A stretch of DNA of 64,000 bases from Utricularia gibba (taxonomy: Eukaryota > Plantae > Magnoliophyta): NCBI GenBank assembly GCA_002189035.1, contig NEEC01000010.1, forward strand, positions 806,001 through 870,000. The letters are read 5' to 3'. The translations under genes were made by a program, and so were the position numbers. Of this stretch, positions 15,009 to 28,865 are shown in pieces; position 1 is the first letter of the stretch; each line of letters opens with the position of its first letter. Below the pieces are notes generated by a model. The model was not told the DNA's origin. It searched no databases and saw nothing but the letters and a program-made list of their open reading frames with translations.

Positions 15009-15609
15009 GCCACCACCATGACTCCGATCATCGTCGATTCTTTGAACGAGACTCGGACATCACGTATCGGACACGTTCGCCAGTTGGAAATCGCAACTGT
15101 CAGCCTTTTTTATTTTAGTTTGTAGTATAATTATTGATACTTAAATTGAGGTCACATGCTACGATTTTTGGTTGCATTATTGAACCGGAAGATTCCTTAT
15201 TTTTTGGTGCTACTTGTTCTATTGGGGAATATAAAAATGTTCTGAAATTATTTTCCAGTTTATAATTTTCTTATTCTCATTCTCAATTCTTATTTTAAAT
15301 AATTGCATTGCATAAAAATGACCATCCTGTTTACTCTTCATGCTAATCTCTTGACCAATGTTAGTTTTTTAGGATTTTTAATAGTATAATACAAAAGATT
15401 TATATTTAAATTTACACATATACCACTATTTGATTAATTAGTATATATATATTAGTTTTATATGTCTATATTAATCACATGATCATTTTTTGAATATGTG
15501 TATATTGCGTATCAATGAGATGAAGGGTTAATTATATATATTATTCAAATATTCAAATTATTATTCTAAAACATCAAATATTATATACAATTAAATATAT
15601 ATATACTTA

Positions 15610-16082
15610 TGTTAAGGGTGAAAATCGATATCCGAGATGGGACCAATTTTCTAGTTATAGGTGCAGCCGGAAATGTCGCACCTCGTTGTGTTTTTTTTTT
15701 ATTTGTTCGACTTGATCAACATAAATAAGGGTGAGTGGAGATTTTTACGTGGAAACCGTCGAAGGACGTAAAAACCACAGAGCTATCAAAGCTCGCCAAA
15801 GAAAATATTTACTAGATGGAGGAGGTGAAGAAAGGTACAGGTTGGGGGGAGGGGGGGAGCTTAGGGTCCATCATTTTTTCCGTTATGATTTCTTCTATTT
15901 ATAGAAGATGTCGACTTGACTGAGTCCTGAATTCTACATACGTCGGTTGCTTTCTGCGCTGGCTATGTGATCTCGCTTTTCAGATATCGGCCGCCTGCTC
16001 TGCCGTAATTTGGCTGCTTTTCAGATTGTGATATACGGGCACCGCTGTCAGATTTCTGACACATATCAGTCTGTCGACTAGC
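15610..16082. mobile_element. Possible solo LTR
   Basis: TG...CA bounded GC-richer block with the LTR-typical tttacgtggaaacc...aaaaaccac segment and tatttata. No matching TSD, so the boundaries are uncertain. Confidence 0.35.
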
Positions 16083-16482
16083 ATTATCACGTTAGAGGTC
16101 CTTTTGACAGATTTTTAGAATCCAATTATCCTCAGTTGATTTATACCCCATCAACTTAATTACATTATATTTAAATATATTAATATTATACTATAAAACT
16201 ACTATTTGGGTTATAAGATAATAATACAAATAATACGTTTAATAGAATAATTTAATTATTTGTATTTGAAAAAAAAAATTCTTGTGGGACTATAATTGAT
16301 AATGGATGCATTTTATAAATATGCTTTAAAATTCAGGAAAAATAATTATTAATCGCGGGAGATACAAAATGACGAAAAAGGAGTGGAATTTATCTGGGAA
16401 GGGAGTGGTCTACGTACTTGAAAATGGCTTCCCCGTAAACATGTCATGTTTGCACTTTCCTAATCATTTCCCATTGCAATCA

Positions 16483-19049
16483 ATGGCGGTTCTCTGCTGC
16501 GTACTTTTGGCTGTATTTTTCTCGTCAGTGGACGCTGCCGTGACCAGAGCTCCGCCAGCTTTTCCGTCGACGTACATCCAACCCGAGGAGGTTCAGATCG
16601 CCGTCGCGGCCAGCGCTTCTTCTCTTTACACGGAGAGGTTCTATGTTCAGATTCTCGACCACTTTGATTACGATCCGCAAAGTTATCAAACTTTCCAACA
16701 GAGATACTTGATCAATGATACCTATTGGGGCGGCGGCTCCACCAATTCGCCGATCTTCGTTTACACCGGAAACGAAGGAAATATCGAGTGGTTTGCACAG
16801 AACACTGGTTTCATGTTCGAAAACGCTCCCAAATTCAAAGCGCTACTCGTGTTCATCGAGGTTTTTATTGAAAAAACAAATCAACTTTTTGGATTCACGC
16901 CGACAGATGACTGATGATTTATGAAATTGCGACTTGCAGCATCGGTTCTACGGCAAATCGATCCCGTTTGGAGGAAACAAACAAGTGGCGTATTCGAATT
17001 CCTCGACGCTTGGGTATCTATCAGCGACGCAGGCATTAGCGGATTACGCGACTCTGATTCTCGATCTCAAGAAAAATCTCAGTGCCGCCGACTCTCCAGT
17101 CATCGTCATAGGTGGATCTTACGGCGGAAGTAAGTGTCTACACCGTCGTTTATACTTTTTCCCGGCGATCCTATTCGACTGGAACTTGGTAAACTAATAC
17201 GATTTTGCAATGGCATCCTTCAGTGCTGGCGACCTGGTTCAGATTGAAGTACCCTAACATCGCCACCGGCGCTTTGTCCTCGTCGGCGCCGATTTTGAAT
17301 TTTGACAACATCACTTCACCTTACAGCTTCCACGATATCGTCACACAAGACTTCCGGGTCAGCCCCTAACTTCAAGAGTAAATTAGTGAAGTAAAATTTG
17401 CAGATTCCATCATTCCTTTTTTTCTTTTTATTTTGTTTAGTTTGGGACTTGGGAGAGAGAACTTTTGTATTTTAAAGTAACACATGATTGTGGAGATCTT
17501 TTACTACCTGATCACCCAGTCTGCAAACCGATCGAAGTGCTTTATGGTTATTTATTTGGAATAAAAAAATAAAGATCTCCAAATCACGAGTGAATTGAAA
17601 ATAATTAACTATGATTCTTTTGGGATTGGGTCGAAATAGTCTTATCGTGTAGCTTTATTTGTGTTGTACTATTTGTTTGTCTTTCCTTTGCCCGCATAAA
17701 ACCATATGAAAGGTGTGTGTTTCGATACTTGTTGGGCAGAGTGAAAGCGAGAGTTGCTACGAAGGGATCAAGAAATCGTGGCAAGAAATTGATGACACAG
17801 CCTCAAAGCCTGGCGGCCTCGAGAATCTCAGAACTGCTTTCAGAGTGTGCAAGTAAGCAAGCCCCCATTTCAGAATGGTGTACGTTTTAAAGTACTCATC
17901 ACTGTAGCATCTCAATCCCGTAGTTTAGATTATTAGATAACGTCGATGTGAGAATGACTTGCATTATGAGCAGGAATTCGACTAGTGCAGCTCCTTGGGT
18001 GACCAATTGGCTCCAAAAGGCATTCATATACACAGCCATGACAGACTATCCAACGCCCTCCAATTTCATGGCCCTCCTCCCTGCATATCCAGTCAAACAG
18101 GTATGATCTTGTGCTTTCACGAACAATGCAGACGAACTTCGGAACGAAGAAAGATATGAGATCCGTCGGTTCCCGTTCAGATGTGCAAGGAAATAGATGA
18201 TCCGACTACAAGGGCCAACATCCTTGAGAAAGTGTACAGAGCAGCTAACATCTACTACAATTATTCAGGCAAGGCTAAGTGCTTCAGCATGGAGGATGAC
18301 TCTGACCCTCACGGGCTCAGCGGCTGGACCTGGCAGGCCTGCACTGAGATAGTTCTTCTTACAGGTTTTTCCTCATTTGAATTAAATTCATTCATCATTT
18401 CTCAAGTGCAAACTGAGACTATGCTGCTAACAGGCGGCAACACTGAGGAGAGCATTTTCCCAGCTTCCAACTATAGCTACAATGACTTAGCGGAGTACTG
18501 CGAGTACAAGTACAGTATCCAGCCCAGGCCTAGTTGGATTGCTACAGAGTTTGGGGGCCGTGTAAGTAAATAAATACTTAATTCGGCTCATACTCACCCC
18601 GCCGATGCTACTGAGTCAATTGAACTTTGGGGGTGCTGCAGAACATATATAGATATCTGAAGCACTTTGGGAGCAACATCATCTTCTTCAATGGGCTAAG
18701 GGACCCATGGAGTGGAGGAGGGTTTGTGTTTGTCTTTTTTTTTTTTTTTTCCTGTCTTCACCGCCCGCACACACACAAAACAGTATGTGCAGGTTTCGAT
18801 GGATTATCAAGGTTTGTCTGTGAGAATCACGGGTTCACTGTACGGTGTCTGTATAGGGTACTGAAGGATATCTCAAGGAGCTTGGTGGCCATAGTTGCTA
18901 AAGAAGGTGCCCACCACGTAGACCTGAGGTACTCTACCAGGGAAGACCCGGAATGGCTTCGCCGAGTGAGGGAACGAGAAGTCAGTACCATTTCAAGGTG
19001 GCTCGCTGAATACTATGCTACATTGCTGGATCCAGAATCCTCTATTTAG
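16483..19049 (+). CDS. Lysosomal Pro-X carboxypeptidase-like serine peptidase (family S28), 9 exons
   Basis: Exons 16483-16860, 16940-17129, 17224-17357, 17740-17852, 17974-18100, 18181-18364, 18434-18561, 18642-18721, 18857-19049. Signal-peptide-like N-terminus, IE-HRFYG, GGSYGG (Ser), DPWS (Asp), GAHHVD (His). Confidence 0.92.
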
Positions 19050-19192
19050 AAGCAGACACAGGAGGCCAAACCAAACAGGCATCAACTGAACTAACAACAC
19101 ACACTGCCATGTGAAGATTGAAGGGCAGATGATGAACATGGGCATTCATTCGGTCACCCTCCGATCCCAAACAGTAAGAGAGAAAGAAAGAC

Positions 19193-20000
19193 TCAGTTTT
19201 GTTGGGGTGGCTCGGGAGGGCCTCTTGCTATCGGCATGCTTTCGTATCTGGACGATGATCTTGGCCTCGCGTAATCCACGAAAACAACACGACCATTCAA
19301 TGGCTGCATGTGCACCACGGCATCTCACTTTAGGAGGAACAGAAAAACCATGTGAGAAAAGGCCAACGCACCTTCCCATTCATCCCAGTGATGGCCTTCT
19401 CCGCCTCTTCATCAGATGCGTATGTCACGAATCCGAAGCCCTTCGACCGGTCCGAGACACGGTCCATCACAATGGTAGCTGCCAAGACGAAGGGATTACT
19501 CCATCCAGATCGAGCGATTGGAGAAGGAAATGTGAATGCTGCAGATAGATCTATCATCACACACAAACCTTCAACAACTTGGCCGTACGGTGAAAACGCC
19601 TCAGACAAACCCTCCTCAGTAGTATAGAACGAAAGCCCTGCGGATGATTGGTGAGGATGCGAAGATGGTTTAACCCGAAGGTCTGAAACTACGACCACAG
19701 TAACCCTAGACAATGATCAAATAACTCCACAACAGCCTCAGGAGAGAAACAGAATCACGATTGAAAGGTATCATTCCAGCGTCAGAATACTCAGAAAAAG
19801 ATGAGAGCAGATTTCAACACGAACGCCAAGTTCTAGGGGTATGGTATTAAAACACCAAATTGCAAGCGAATTATTCGAGAGGCACCTCCGACGAAGATCT
19901 TCGAAGCGATTCCTCTGCATGGAATGAGAAATGATGCGATCAACCTCGTCGGTTTAGAGGTTCGAGAGCAGGAACCCGAGATCCTTCCAAGTGCCGACAT
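19193..20000 (-). CDS. Organelle-targeted single-RRM RNA-binding protein (ORRM2-like), 133 aa, 4 exons
   Basis: Exons 19886-20000, 19569-19637, 19372-19478, 19193-19303. Arg/Ser-rich presequence, RNP2 KIFVGGL, RNP1 KGFGFV, C-terminal MPIARGPPEP. Confidence 0.88.
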
Positions 20001-20057
20001 TGTATGTTCTCCACGAGAGAAGGGTGTGATAAACATGCCAGGCTTTTATCATGCCAT

Positions 20058-20119
20058 AGCCCATTGTTGGCCCGATCTGGAATCGTTAAAATGGGCTCAA
20101 ATATTATAACTCAAGCCCA
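20058..20119. promoter_or_regulatory. Site II motif cluster upstream of the organellar RRM gene
   Basis: agccca 20058, tgggct 20092, agccca 20114. Such clusters are typical of nuclear genes for mitochondrial proteins. Confidence 0.45.
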
Positions 20120-20728
20120 TGAGACGCCTGTTTCCTCATATGTCAAGATATTACACGTATTTGGGCTGAGGGGTATATACATACTGATGGACGATGGTGG
20201 ACGCCGGCCGACAAACCCCCTCAGAAAAGAACAGTCCATTTACAGTCCCTGCCGCCGAGAGTACCTATTAATAATTTAATTTTCAACTTTTTATGTTAAT
20301 TATATTTATATAGTCATATTTAAAATTAATATTTCAATTTCTTTTTATCATATGGGTCGTGTGGCTCATTATGTCGGCCCGATGTGAGTTTTGAACATGA
20401 GCCACAACACTGAATTCAGGCGAAGCCTATAAAATGCTCCTGGTTAACCGCAGGCTCAATATCAAAATAATACATCCCCACTTGAATATAACTACTCCCC
20501 GTATTCACCAAAGACTCTGACGACATTTAGGTACATGGTTCTGGGTCAGTTCCTACACAACACAATCCTATGAGTCTAAGCTAAGAATTTTCCCCTATGG
20601 AGGTTCCTTGAGTTAGTTGTCTCCTTGAGTGGCTGGAGCTTTCCTCCCGGGTACATGCGACAAACTTCTTCCGGCGCCTTGCATCTTCACCAACTGCATT
20701 TCGCACCAAGCAGCAGCATTTTGCTTCG

Positions 20729-23700
20729 TCATGTATTCCCAATCGTTCGGTTTTTGTACTTGATCTTGATCTTGAGGGATGAGCGAGCGGGGGGCGTGGG
20801 CGCTGCATCTTTGCTATCAGTTCGGTTCCCCAGTGGAGCAACGTTCACTTCAGGTTTTGAAGATGAACTAACACCACCACCACTGGAAGCCTCGGACTTC
20901 CGCTGTGTTTCCATGTTAACAACTCCTTGCCCGACTTCGGAATCCATCCTGGTTACACTAGGTGGAGGAGCAATTGGAGTTTTGGTCTCCAGGTTAACAG
21001 CCACTGGGGTTTTTTCTTGCGTTGCCAATTCAGGTTCAGTTTGCTTGTTCTCAGCCAGGAGTTTCGCCATTTCCTTCTCCAGCCGTTTCTTTTCCTTCTT
21101 TTGTCTCTTGCGTTCCTTTCTGTCAGGGTCATCATGATGACCACTTCTTTTGCTCTTGTGCTCTTTTTTCTTTTCCTTTTCTTTTACTGCTGGTTTTGCC
21201 ACATCATCTTGTGGCTCTGACTTGACTCTGGCACTAGCCTGTGGCTCTGCAGTGGCTTCACGCTCATTGTCGAATTTCATCGTACTGGTGGGTGGCAGGC
21301 CATCTTCAGATGTCATTGGCAAAGAGATTTTGCTGGAATCCGCAGTGCATTGTAGTTCCCTCACAAGCTGTTCATCACCGGAAATCGCAGGTCTAGCACT
21401 GCCAATGCTGGCTGTGACTCGGGAACCAACATCTTGGCAAGAACTGGCGTCTTCAATGTTCTGATTGCTGGTGCTTACAGTCTCGACCAAGTTTCTGTGA
21501 GGAGCATCAATGGAAACAAAACTGCAAGCCCCACGGTCACCATCAATCTGCTCATCTGGATTCAAGATTCTGTCATTTACTGGTCCCTCAGGCGGGATAT
21601 ATACACGAACCTGATTTTCAGCATGGCTGGATGCAACGTGTTGCTTGACTTTTATCCTTAACTTGGGCTTCTTAACTTCAACAACATTTGGAAGTGTCGT
21701 GGGTTCCCTCGGAACATCAGGAATGGTAATACCCAAATGCTCCAGTTCCGTGGCAGGCTCAATCTGTTGATGATCAGTATGAATCATGTCTCCTTTTCTG
21801 AACTCTGCATCAAGATCATTGCGGCCAGCAGAAACAGCGAGTTGGTTAATAGATTGCTGATCTTGGGCAGGCATCATGATCTCAGGCAGATGACTGGGAA
21901 GATGGGATTCTGGTTCAATCCATTCGGCACCAACCTCCATGGGAATATCTGCTATCTGTAGAGCAGATGAAAACATGGATGCATCAGGAGCATGACTTGG
22001 CTCGTCATGCATTTTGAGGGCATCAGTGAGTTCTACAGCCGGACTACTAGGAAGTTCGGTCTGCTCCGGTGTCTTAGATTGCTTGACCAAAGCGGCAAAA
22101 ATGTCTTTAAGCTGAGTGCTGGTTTTTATGTGTCCCATTCTTAACGTCTCATCTCTAGGAACCCTGTAAAGTGTTGGAACCCTGAATGTACCAAATATTA
22201 GTAACAGGCCTATAAAACTCCAAAGAAGTATTCCAGCCAAAAGTCATTGGAAGATGAGCAATAGCGCACCTCTTGGCAAGCACTTGCAAGATGCAGAACA
22301 CATAGTGACGAAGATAAATATTGTTAAACGACAATGGGCTCTCTAACAAGCGCAAGAGAGTAACAAGTGTGGTGCTCTTTATAGTGTTGTCACCATCTGA
22401 TTCATGAGCCATCTGGCATAGGCGAAAGGTGCAATGGCCTAATTTGGTTTGTCCTGTGGAAAAGACAGAGGAGTCAAGAGCGCAATGTAAACTCAGAACA
22501 AAACTACAAAAATCCCTCTGCGAAATATTAAACGAAATGGCTGGTGAGAGGTCTTGGCATGGGAGAAGAAAGGAACCTCGCAAAGAGGTTTCATCACCGA
22601 GGTATCTGAAGAACAATGTTAAAGCAGCATCAATTCCTTTAAAATGAAATTCAAGTTCAAGCAGAGATCTGCTTGCAGCAACTCGAATTTGCCATGTCTT
22701 TGATGCCCTATACGGATTAATCAACAGAAAAATGTTGTCCTGCATATCCCAACACCACATTAGAAATGCAAAACTGCACACTTAAAGAAGACAGGAGAAA
22801 CTTACAAGGGGCAAGAACTCCGAGAGTTTGATAGCTATCTGGGTTAACGATTGAATGCAGCTAACCGTTAGAATTCCATTGTGGCTTGGCATTAAGCTAG
22901 CATTTACAGTATCAGAAAAATGTTAGAAAACCAATTAATGATTCTCCTTACATAAAGTACACCCAACCTTTCAAATTGCAAAAGGCGATCCAGTCGCTTC
23001 AAAAGGGAGGTCAAGTACACGATGGTCTGCATCAAGATCGAGAAACAGTTAAGAGTACGATAGGAGACTGACATGCTAAAATCAGCTCTTGGAAATAAGC
23101 CACATAAAAAGCAGGTAAGAGATAATCGCAACTGCCTACATAAGAAGATGATAAAAGCATGACAGGTACAATAAACAAATCCTTTTCCGATGATCGAAGG
23201 GTAGGTAGTCAATGTAAACCACAAAAGATTATTCCAGGTGATAGACAATGGAGACCAACAGGGGCTTAACATTGATAACCACTTGAAGATTTCCCAAATG
23301 ATAAGCGGCACAACAAGGACAATAATATTTCTATGAAATTCAATCACTTCAGGTGCCTCCAATGCAAACCAGATAATATACCTGCTCTCCAAATTCAAGT
23401 TCACCAACAGACTGGACCAATGACGCAACCCAGAAAACGTCAGAATAAGGATTTCCACTGTTGTCATTGTACTGCAAGAACAGATCATACGAAATACTTC
23501 ACAACACCAAGCTAGCAATACTATTTGCATACATATCAAAGAACACCTTGCAAAGAAGACCAATGTCAGAACTCCATCACCAACTCAAAGGCCAGATTTA
23601 CCAGTAACCCAGTCATTAAGAACAATCAAACAGTAGGAAGAAGAAACTAAAGAAATATGTATACATGTGTACCTTGAGAAGCTGTAGAATAAATTCAACA

Positions 23701-26700
23701 GCTTCTCTGGGACTTCTCTTGTCTGAAGACCTAACCATGGCTATGGCATGTGGAATCGCCTGAAAATGAAAATAAGGAAATAGATCTGATGGAATTCTTT
23801 TAGCAAGGAAAGGGTTCAAGACATGGAGCAACAACGGCTATCATTCATAAACAAAACACGCCAGTACATAATGTGGAGAGAAATGGAACAAGAGCCGAGG
23901 GAAAGACTGAAAACAGAAAAAGAGTGTGCTGCAAAATAAAAAGAGACTAGAAATAGGGCAACTTCAAGTCTACAAGATGATATATCACTTCATACTGCAC
24001 ACCCAAGGTCAATACATTACCTGAAGTACAAAGTACTCCTGGAAATCACTGAATTCATTTGGCCTAATAACACAGAGTCTAAAAATCAATATCGTATATC
24101 CATTTCATGCACATCAGGAAACCAAGTTTTTTGACGCACCTTGGCAGCCCAATCTTTGGATCAAATCTCTTACTCTTATAGAAGTTGATCAGATGGAGTA
24201 GCCCAGACCAATCAGTCTCCTGATAGAGTTAAGAATGAAACAATTGACACACAAAGTCATCATCATTCCATTGCAATATACAGAAGTTTAATCATCCCAC
24301 AGAATTACTTTTGTTGATCTAACCAAAATAGTGTAATTAACATGAAATCACAACATGTCAAGCAAACTCACGCAATAAAGAGAGAACAACAGTTCAGATA
24401 CTTTAATGAAAAAAAATAATAAGAAAAATTCACAAGGAATACAGTGCAATCCTAGCCAACTGACACACAAACATGAATATAACTCATGAAAAAATGACCT
24501 TGGAATGGCAAATTTATATAAGGAAAAGAAAAAAAGATACCTCACAGGCGGTAGTAGCCAATGCATAAGCAGCCTGTATGCGGATCCTCCAAAAAGCCTG
24601 TTAGATTTGAACAGAAACAGTTACATAGAAATCAAAGGGGCCTACACGGGCCAATGCAACAGCAATATACGGTTTAAACTTGACCTTGGAATCATTGAGA
24701 AAATTGCTCAGAGCATTGACAACAGGAAATGAAAATTCAGGAAGTGATATTAAGACAGCTATAGCTTGCGCTTGAGCAACTACATCCTTATCCTTCTCAA
24801 GCTGATTAATCTACAAAAAAACAGCAGCTGTTTAATTAGAAAAAGATGTGAACACTAAAGATAAAAGATGGTATGAGTGCATAAATCCTCCTAGTAGAAT
24901 GAAAAACAAGGTGCCATCCAAAAATACAAATATTAGACTGCTTTCGTTGTCTTATAAGTTCAGATCATGCTGTAAAATGTTATACATGACATTATCTTTT
25001 TGTGAGCCCTCACTCACCCACATCTGCAAAGGTTGGTTTAATTGCACTTCAGCTAGATACTCCATTTCTGGATCTGCGCGGAGCCACAGTAGGGGGGAAT
25101 CAGAACTGCAATATCCAAGCATAAACTTTCTAAGAACTTTTGGACAGCATAAAAGAAAGAGAATGAAAATGACCGAGGAATAGAAGCATGCATACGTTGG
25201 CCGCACGTCTGTTGTCATAACATCAACATTATCATCAGAACCATCAGCCTTTGCTCCTTTTTTTGGTTTCTGCAAGCGCTTTGCTGCAAGTTTTGAATGG
25301 CACTGAATTTCCAGAAGTTGCCATGGTTCACCAGACATTAGCAAGATGGGATGATCATGCATGCCATCAATCTCATGAACACGTATGCTCATCATTCCAG
25401 GCCATCCCATGATACCATCGCGATTTTCAGAATCATGAGTTTTATTGCCAAAACCTGCCCATGATTCAGGTCTGGATGTACAGCCTCGAAGTACAGCAAG
25501 TTCTACCATATTTTTCCTCTTGTTGTAAGAGAATCCCATCCTTAGTAAGAAGATTAAGACGAAGAAAAAATGTCAGCGAAAAAAAAAGTTTATAGTGAGA
25601 CTCAAAGAACATATTCAGTCACAATCATACTTGACAAATGGACAACCACAGAATCCAATCCAGCGAGGGAAAAATTCTTTAAGGAATGGACGTTCAAGAT
25701 TTCCAATTTTATTTGCATAATGCCGAAACTGCATCCAAAATCAATAGAGGAATAAAAAACAAGATCAGTCAAGCTATTGCTTCAAAAGCTTGGGAAAAGA
25801 AAACAAGAATCTTATTGCTCACCTCTTTTGTGCTGAGAGATCTCAAAGAATGGTTGCTATCTCTAGCTCTCATGACAATATTTTGAAGAATCTGCAGAGG
25901 GTCAGCTATCAATAATCTCTAAATTGAGGTATACATCAAAAAGATGTTCTACAGCTGTAGGTAAATGAAAAATAAGCATATATCAAATATATTTTTCGAG
26001 CAAGGACAAAAACACAAGTGACCTGAGTCACAATAATTCAGATCCCTACACAATAAGCTTTCCATAAGATAATTTTCAATAGATGAAAATAAATCATGGG
26101 AGACAAAAAAAGGCATTATCAACTAAGCAGTTAGTGCCGATTTCAGGCAAGGATAACAGCATGCAGTAGAAAAGCACAGCTCTGTCTTGGTATTTTATAA
26201 ATGCATGGAAAACTTGAAGGCCTAGTCATTTTAATAGAGTACTGATATATTTGGTAAAAATAGACCTAAAAACTCAGCTGCTATTTTCTTACCTTACGAA
26301 AGGACTCAGGACCCATCTGTTTTTCAAGCATTTGAAGTACAGCGACCTACAAGCAATCCAAGTGGATAAGTAGTCAGAGGAAGACATCTATGATCTAGCT
26401 TCGTTTAGAAAAGAAAACAGACTCACAGATTTCCATGATCTTATTTTTCCATAAAAGCCAATTGACTGGGTCCCGTAAAGATCCTTGGAGGCATGCACAG
26501 AACTCAAGGCAGTTGCACCGCTGTCATCTACTTGGCAAACAGCACATTTGTACTGCGTGCAAGGCAAAAATATGAGAATAGGGAACAAATGATAACCTAT
26601 TGTAATAACTCTTAAACATAAAATTAAACCTTATATCGCCTGCTGCGTGCTTCATTGTTTCCCAGGAATTTCTTAATAAAGGTATCAGTCATAAACCCAG

Positions 26701-28865
26701 CAAGACCATCCATCAACCATTCTATGCGAAAATAGATTATCCATAATAGATATACATATATATACATATCTCAAATATAAAGATATAACTTGTAATGTAC
26801 CATCAGTTGGATCATCAGGAATGATATAGACTCCAAACCACTGTTTAGCCAGGGCATAAGCAAGTTTTATTCTTGTCTCAATAGTCTGTTTAATACAGCC
26901 TCGTGAGAAAGAGGATGGAGGAGTATGTATAGAAAGGGATCGTTACCAAACAGGTATTCCAAGTTGGGGTTATTCTCCTTCAAGTACAAAGCATTTCATT
27001 GGACTCTTTGAATAACAGAAAATACCTGATCAAGGAGCTTCTCATCGAACAGTAGATGAGAACTGAAGACACTTATGGAGGCTCCCAATACCCATGAAGA
27101 AGCTGTCATCTCTGGTGAGATGAACACTTGACTATATGTTCCAAATGGAAATGGTGCAGATAGGTAGTCCTCATAGTGGCTGTAGGAGGTGTAAAAATTA
27201 AAATGGAAATGGTGCGGAGATCACAAATGGATTTCATTAGGAGTGATCCATGGATGCAAATTGACATCACCTAAAAATTTACACACTCCAGACCTGAACG
27301 CATTGTGGAAAAATGCCACAGTGTTCCTCATCTTCGACAAGTTAGGCGGTAGACAAAAATGTCGGAGTATACCAACATGTGGATCAGCAAGAACTTCAAA
27401 TGGTGCAACTGTTAATGATATCAAGTGAGCAGGCACAGGAATGTCTAATTGGTAAATGTATGTCTTCCTAGGAGGATCATCATTGGTAGAAACCTATTAA
27501 AGAAACACGAGAGGAGGGAAAAGTCAGAATTTATAAGAATAAGATGACATATGCTCGTGAGATTTCCCAAATCATCCATCCTTGTATGACTTTTAAAGAC
27601 TAGATAGAACAAAAGTAGATATTTTCAATGCTTTTCAATTCAAAATCCAGTAGAAAACAGGGAGTCAGTACCAAGATAATAACAAAACCTGATGAAGTAG
27701 GGTTCCAGAGCTAACTGCAACAAGGTTACTGGCAACTGTAAATTCCAGGTTATAGCTGAACAGTAAAGCAAAGATGAGAATAACCATGAAGATTCAGAAT
27801 CTGAATGGTCACTGCCTTAACGTCACACATACCAGCAGCATTGCAAGTTGTCATCCATGCAGGGGAACCAGCAACGTGCACGCCTCAGTTGATTGTCTGT
27901 GTGAAGAACATTTTTATAAAAATGGATCCCTGTTTCTGCCTTCTCAACCCAATAGTCAATTCGTATGTTCTTGACATTCTTGGGGATCCTACAAAAAACA
28001 ACAATGTTGGAAAATCCCTATATGGCAACAATGAAACTAAAGCACGACTGGCCATTTGAATCAAGAAGCAGAACATGCAATTGAGACGTCATTAGTGAAA
28101 ACCCCATCTCTAGATATTTGCGCAAACAACAGATTCAAAGATACAGGCAACCAATCAACATCAGTAGAGAAAAAATCCCCCCACAGAACCAGCAATGGAA
28201 ACTCACACAAAACCAGACAGAGACCTGCAGGCATCCGATGCTGATGCATTCCCATTATCCATCTGAGCAGGATTTTCTTGTTCATTGTCCACGTTGTGAC
28301 TCTTACTGCACATTATCAGAAGATTTGGAAGCAATTCAACCTCAAGTGATGACAGATACACAGACCCAGAAGCATCGGCAGCTGAAGTAGTCGAAGAAAC
28401 ATCACACCATCTATCCTTGGTGTCAAGATGCTGATAATGAGGAAACACCTCAAATTCAGCGGGCTCCCCCTCAACAGTAACATTTTCAATCACTAAATTA
28501 TCCGCATGCAAGCCCACGATACCATTTTCAGGCACAACTATCTTCATTTCCATGTACCTGATAACGCAAATGGAAAAGCTCATATGACAAACAATCCGTT
28601 ATAGAACCCACCAAAATATACATTCAAATTTCTAAACACTTTTTTTTTGAAACCCAGAAGTTATAAGGTCTTATTTGCAATAGGTCGCAATTTTCTGAAT
28701 AGTATACAGAGAAGAGGCAGTGTAAGTTAAAGAAAATAACCCATAAAGGCGACGTTTCTCAACATCGATGGAGAGACAAAGCTTCTGATGCTTCACAACT
28801 GCCTCTGAACCACTGTTCTCCCCACCTTTCTGCTCCTCAATCTTTCCCTTCTTAGCTTTCGCCAT
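20729..28865 (-). CDS. TAF2: Transcription initiation factor TFIID subunit 2, multi-exon
   Basis: N-terminus [13 protein letters not shown]...HQKLCLSID, then [56 protein letters not shown], and a Lys-rich C-terminus ending [15 protein letters not shown]. Not every internal exon boundary was resolved. Confidence 0.93.

Noticed and set aside
16369-16482. Extended N-terminus of the S28 peptidase
   Set aside because: The signal-peptide-like sequence begins at ATG 16483.
19111-22781. Long overlapping antisense or alternative-frame ORFs (e.g. 19111-19548, 20625-21137)
   Set aside because: They are shadows of real exons, with no independent motifs.
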